Shown here: in pieces, positions 5,395 through 5,882 of the stretch
Numbering within the stretch: position 1 is the first letter of the stretch
Layout: each line of letters begins with the position of its first letter
The notes under the pieces: model-generated
What the model was told of the DNA's origin: nothing
Database searches by the model: none
The model's input: the letters and a program-made list of their open reading frames with translations, nothing else
Virus record (IMG/VR): IMGVR_UViG_3300029521_000128
Coordinates: 1-5,882 of that record
DNA length: 5,882 nucleotides
DNA from: a virus
Taxonomy: Duplodnaviria; Heunggongvirae; Uroviricota; Caudoviricetes
Reading direction: 5' to 3' (one strand)
Position numbers and translations under genes: made by a program

Positions 5395-5862
5395 ATGAAC
5401 CGCGTACTGTGCGTGGTCATCATTGCCCTGCTGGTGGCCTGTGGTGCGCTTAGTCTGGGGCTGAATCATTACCGTGATAACGCCATTACCTACAAAGCCC
5501 AGCGCGACAAAAATGTCAGAGAACTGAAGCTGGCGAACGCGGCAATTACTGACATGCAGATGCGTCAGCGTGATGTTGCTGCGCTCGATGCAAAATACAC
5601 GAAGGAGTTAGCTGATGCGAAAGCTGAAAATGAAACTCTTCGCGCTGACGTTGCCGCTGGTCGTAAGCGCCTGCGTATCAACGCCACCTGTCCAGGTCCC
5701 GTGCGTGAAGCCACCGGCACCGCCCGCGTGGATAATGCAACCGGCCCCCAACTGGCAGACACCGTTACACGGGATTATTTCACCCTCAGAGAGCGGCTGA
5801 TGACGATGCAGAAGCAACTGGAAGGGGCGCAGGAATATATCCGTACTCAGTGCCTGAAATAA
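5395..5862 (+). CDS. Rz: Rz i-spanin (inner-membrane spanin subunit), lambda Rz-like
   Basis: 155 aa. N-terminal TM helix [20 protein letters not shown] followed by a coiled-coil periplasmic domain. Long stretches ([65 protein letters not shown]) match lambda Rz as recalled. Confidence 0.92.
   Translation: MNRVLCVVIIALLVACGALSLGLNHYRDNAITYKAQRDKNVRELKLANAAITDMQMRQRDVAALDAKYTKELADAKAENETLRADVAAGRKRLRINATCPGPVREATGTARVDNATGPQLADTVTRDYFTLRERLMTMQKQLEGAQEYIRTQCLK
5615..5800 (+). CDS. Rz1: Rz1 o-spanin (outer-membrane lipoprotein spanin subunit), embedded in the +1 frame of Rz
   Basis: 61 aa. Signal peptide with lipobox LVVSAC (Cys20). Pro-rich mature region [32 protein letters not shown], very similar to lambda Rz1. 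SD GAAGGAG (5601-5607) 7 nt upstream. Lies entirely inside Rz in a different frame. Confidence 0.9.
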   Translation: MRKLKMKLFALTLPLVVSACVSTPPVQVPCVKPPAPPAWIMQPAPNWQTPLHGIISPSESG

Positions 5863-5882
5863 GTTTTGTTGATGCGCCGTAT

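Noticed and set aside
5565-5817. Two - strand ORFs (5565-5762, 5608-5817) inside Rz/Rz1
   Set aside because: Antisense to two overlapping, well-supported spanin genes. No RBS.
1-5882. CRISPR arrays, IS elements or transposase, integrase
   Set aside because: No regularly spaced direct repeats, no terminal inverted repeats flanking a transposase-like ORF, and no recombinase-like translation in any frame.

Overview
This window reads as the late/lysis region of a lambdoid prophage of the Stx-phage / phage-21 type from an Escherichia-like enterobacterium, all main genes on the + strand. In order: a structured non-coding leader ending in a strong intrinsic terminator (tR'-like, 363-398); an AT-rich segment (~419-1000) carrying one reverse-strand ORF; a large sialate O-acetylesterase gene of the prophage NanS-p type (1015-2976); two small ORFs; a class II pinholin (3655-3870); a SAR endolysin (4563-5096); and the Rz/Rz1 spanin pair (5395-5862, with Rz1 embedded at 5615-5800). 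The lysis cassette is not canonical. Between the pinholin and the endolysin sits a convergent, 3'-overlapping pair of unrecognised genes (3875-4219 on +, 4185-4457 on -) followed by a 105-bp repeat-bearing intergenic region. Between the endolysin and Rz sits an intrinsic terminator and a candidate 45-aa single-pass membrane peptide. No stx, tRNA, CRISPR or transposase was found. All identifications rest on reading the translations and motifs by eye; no database search was run.
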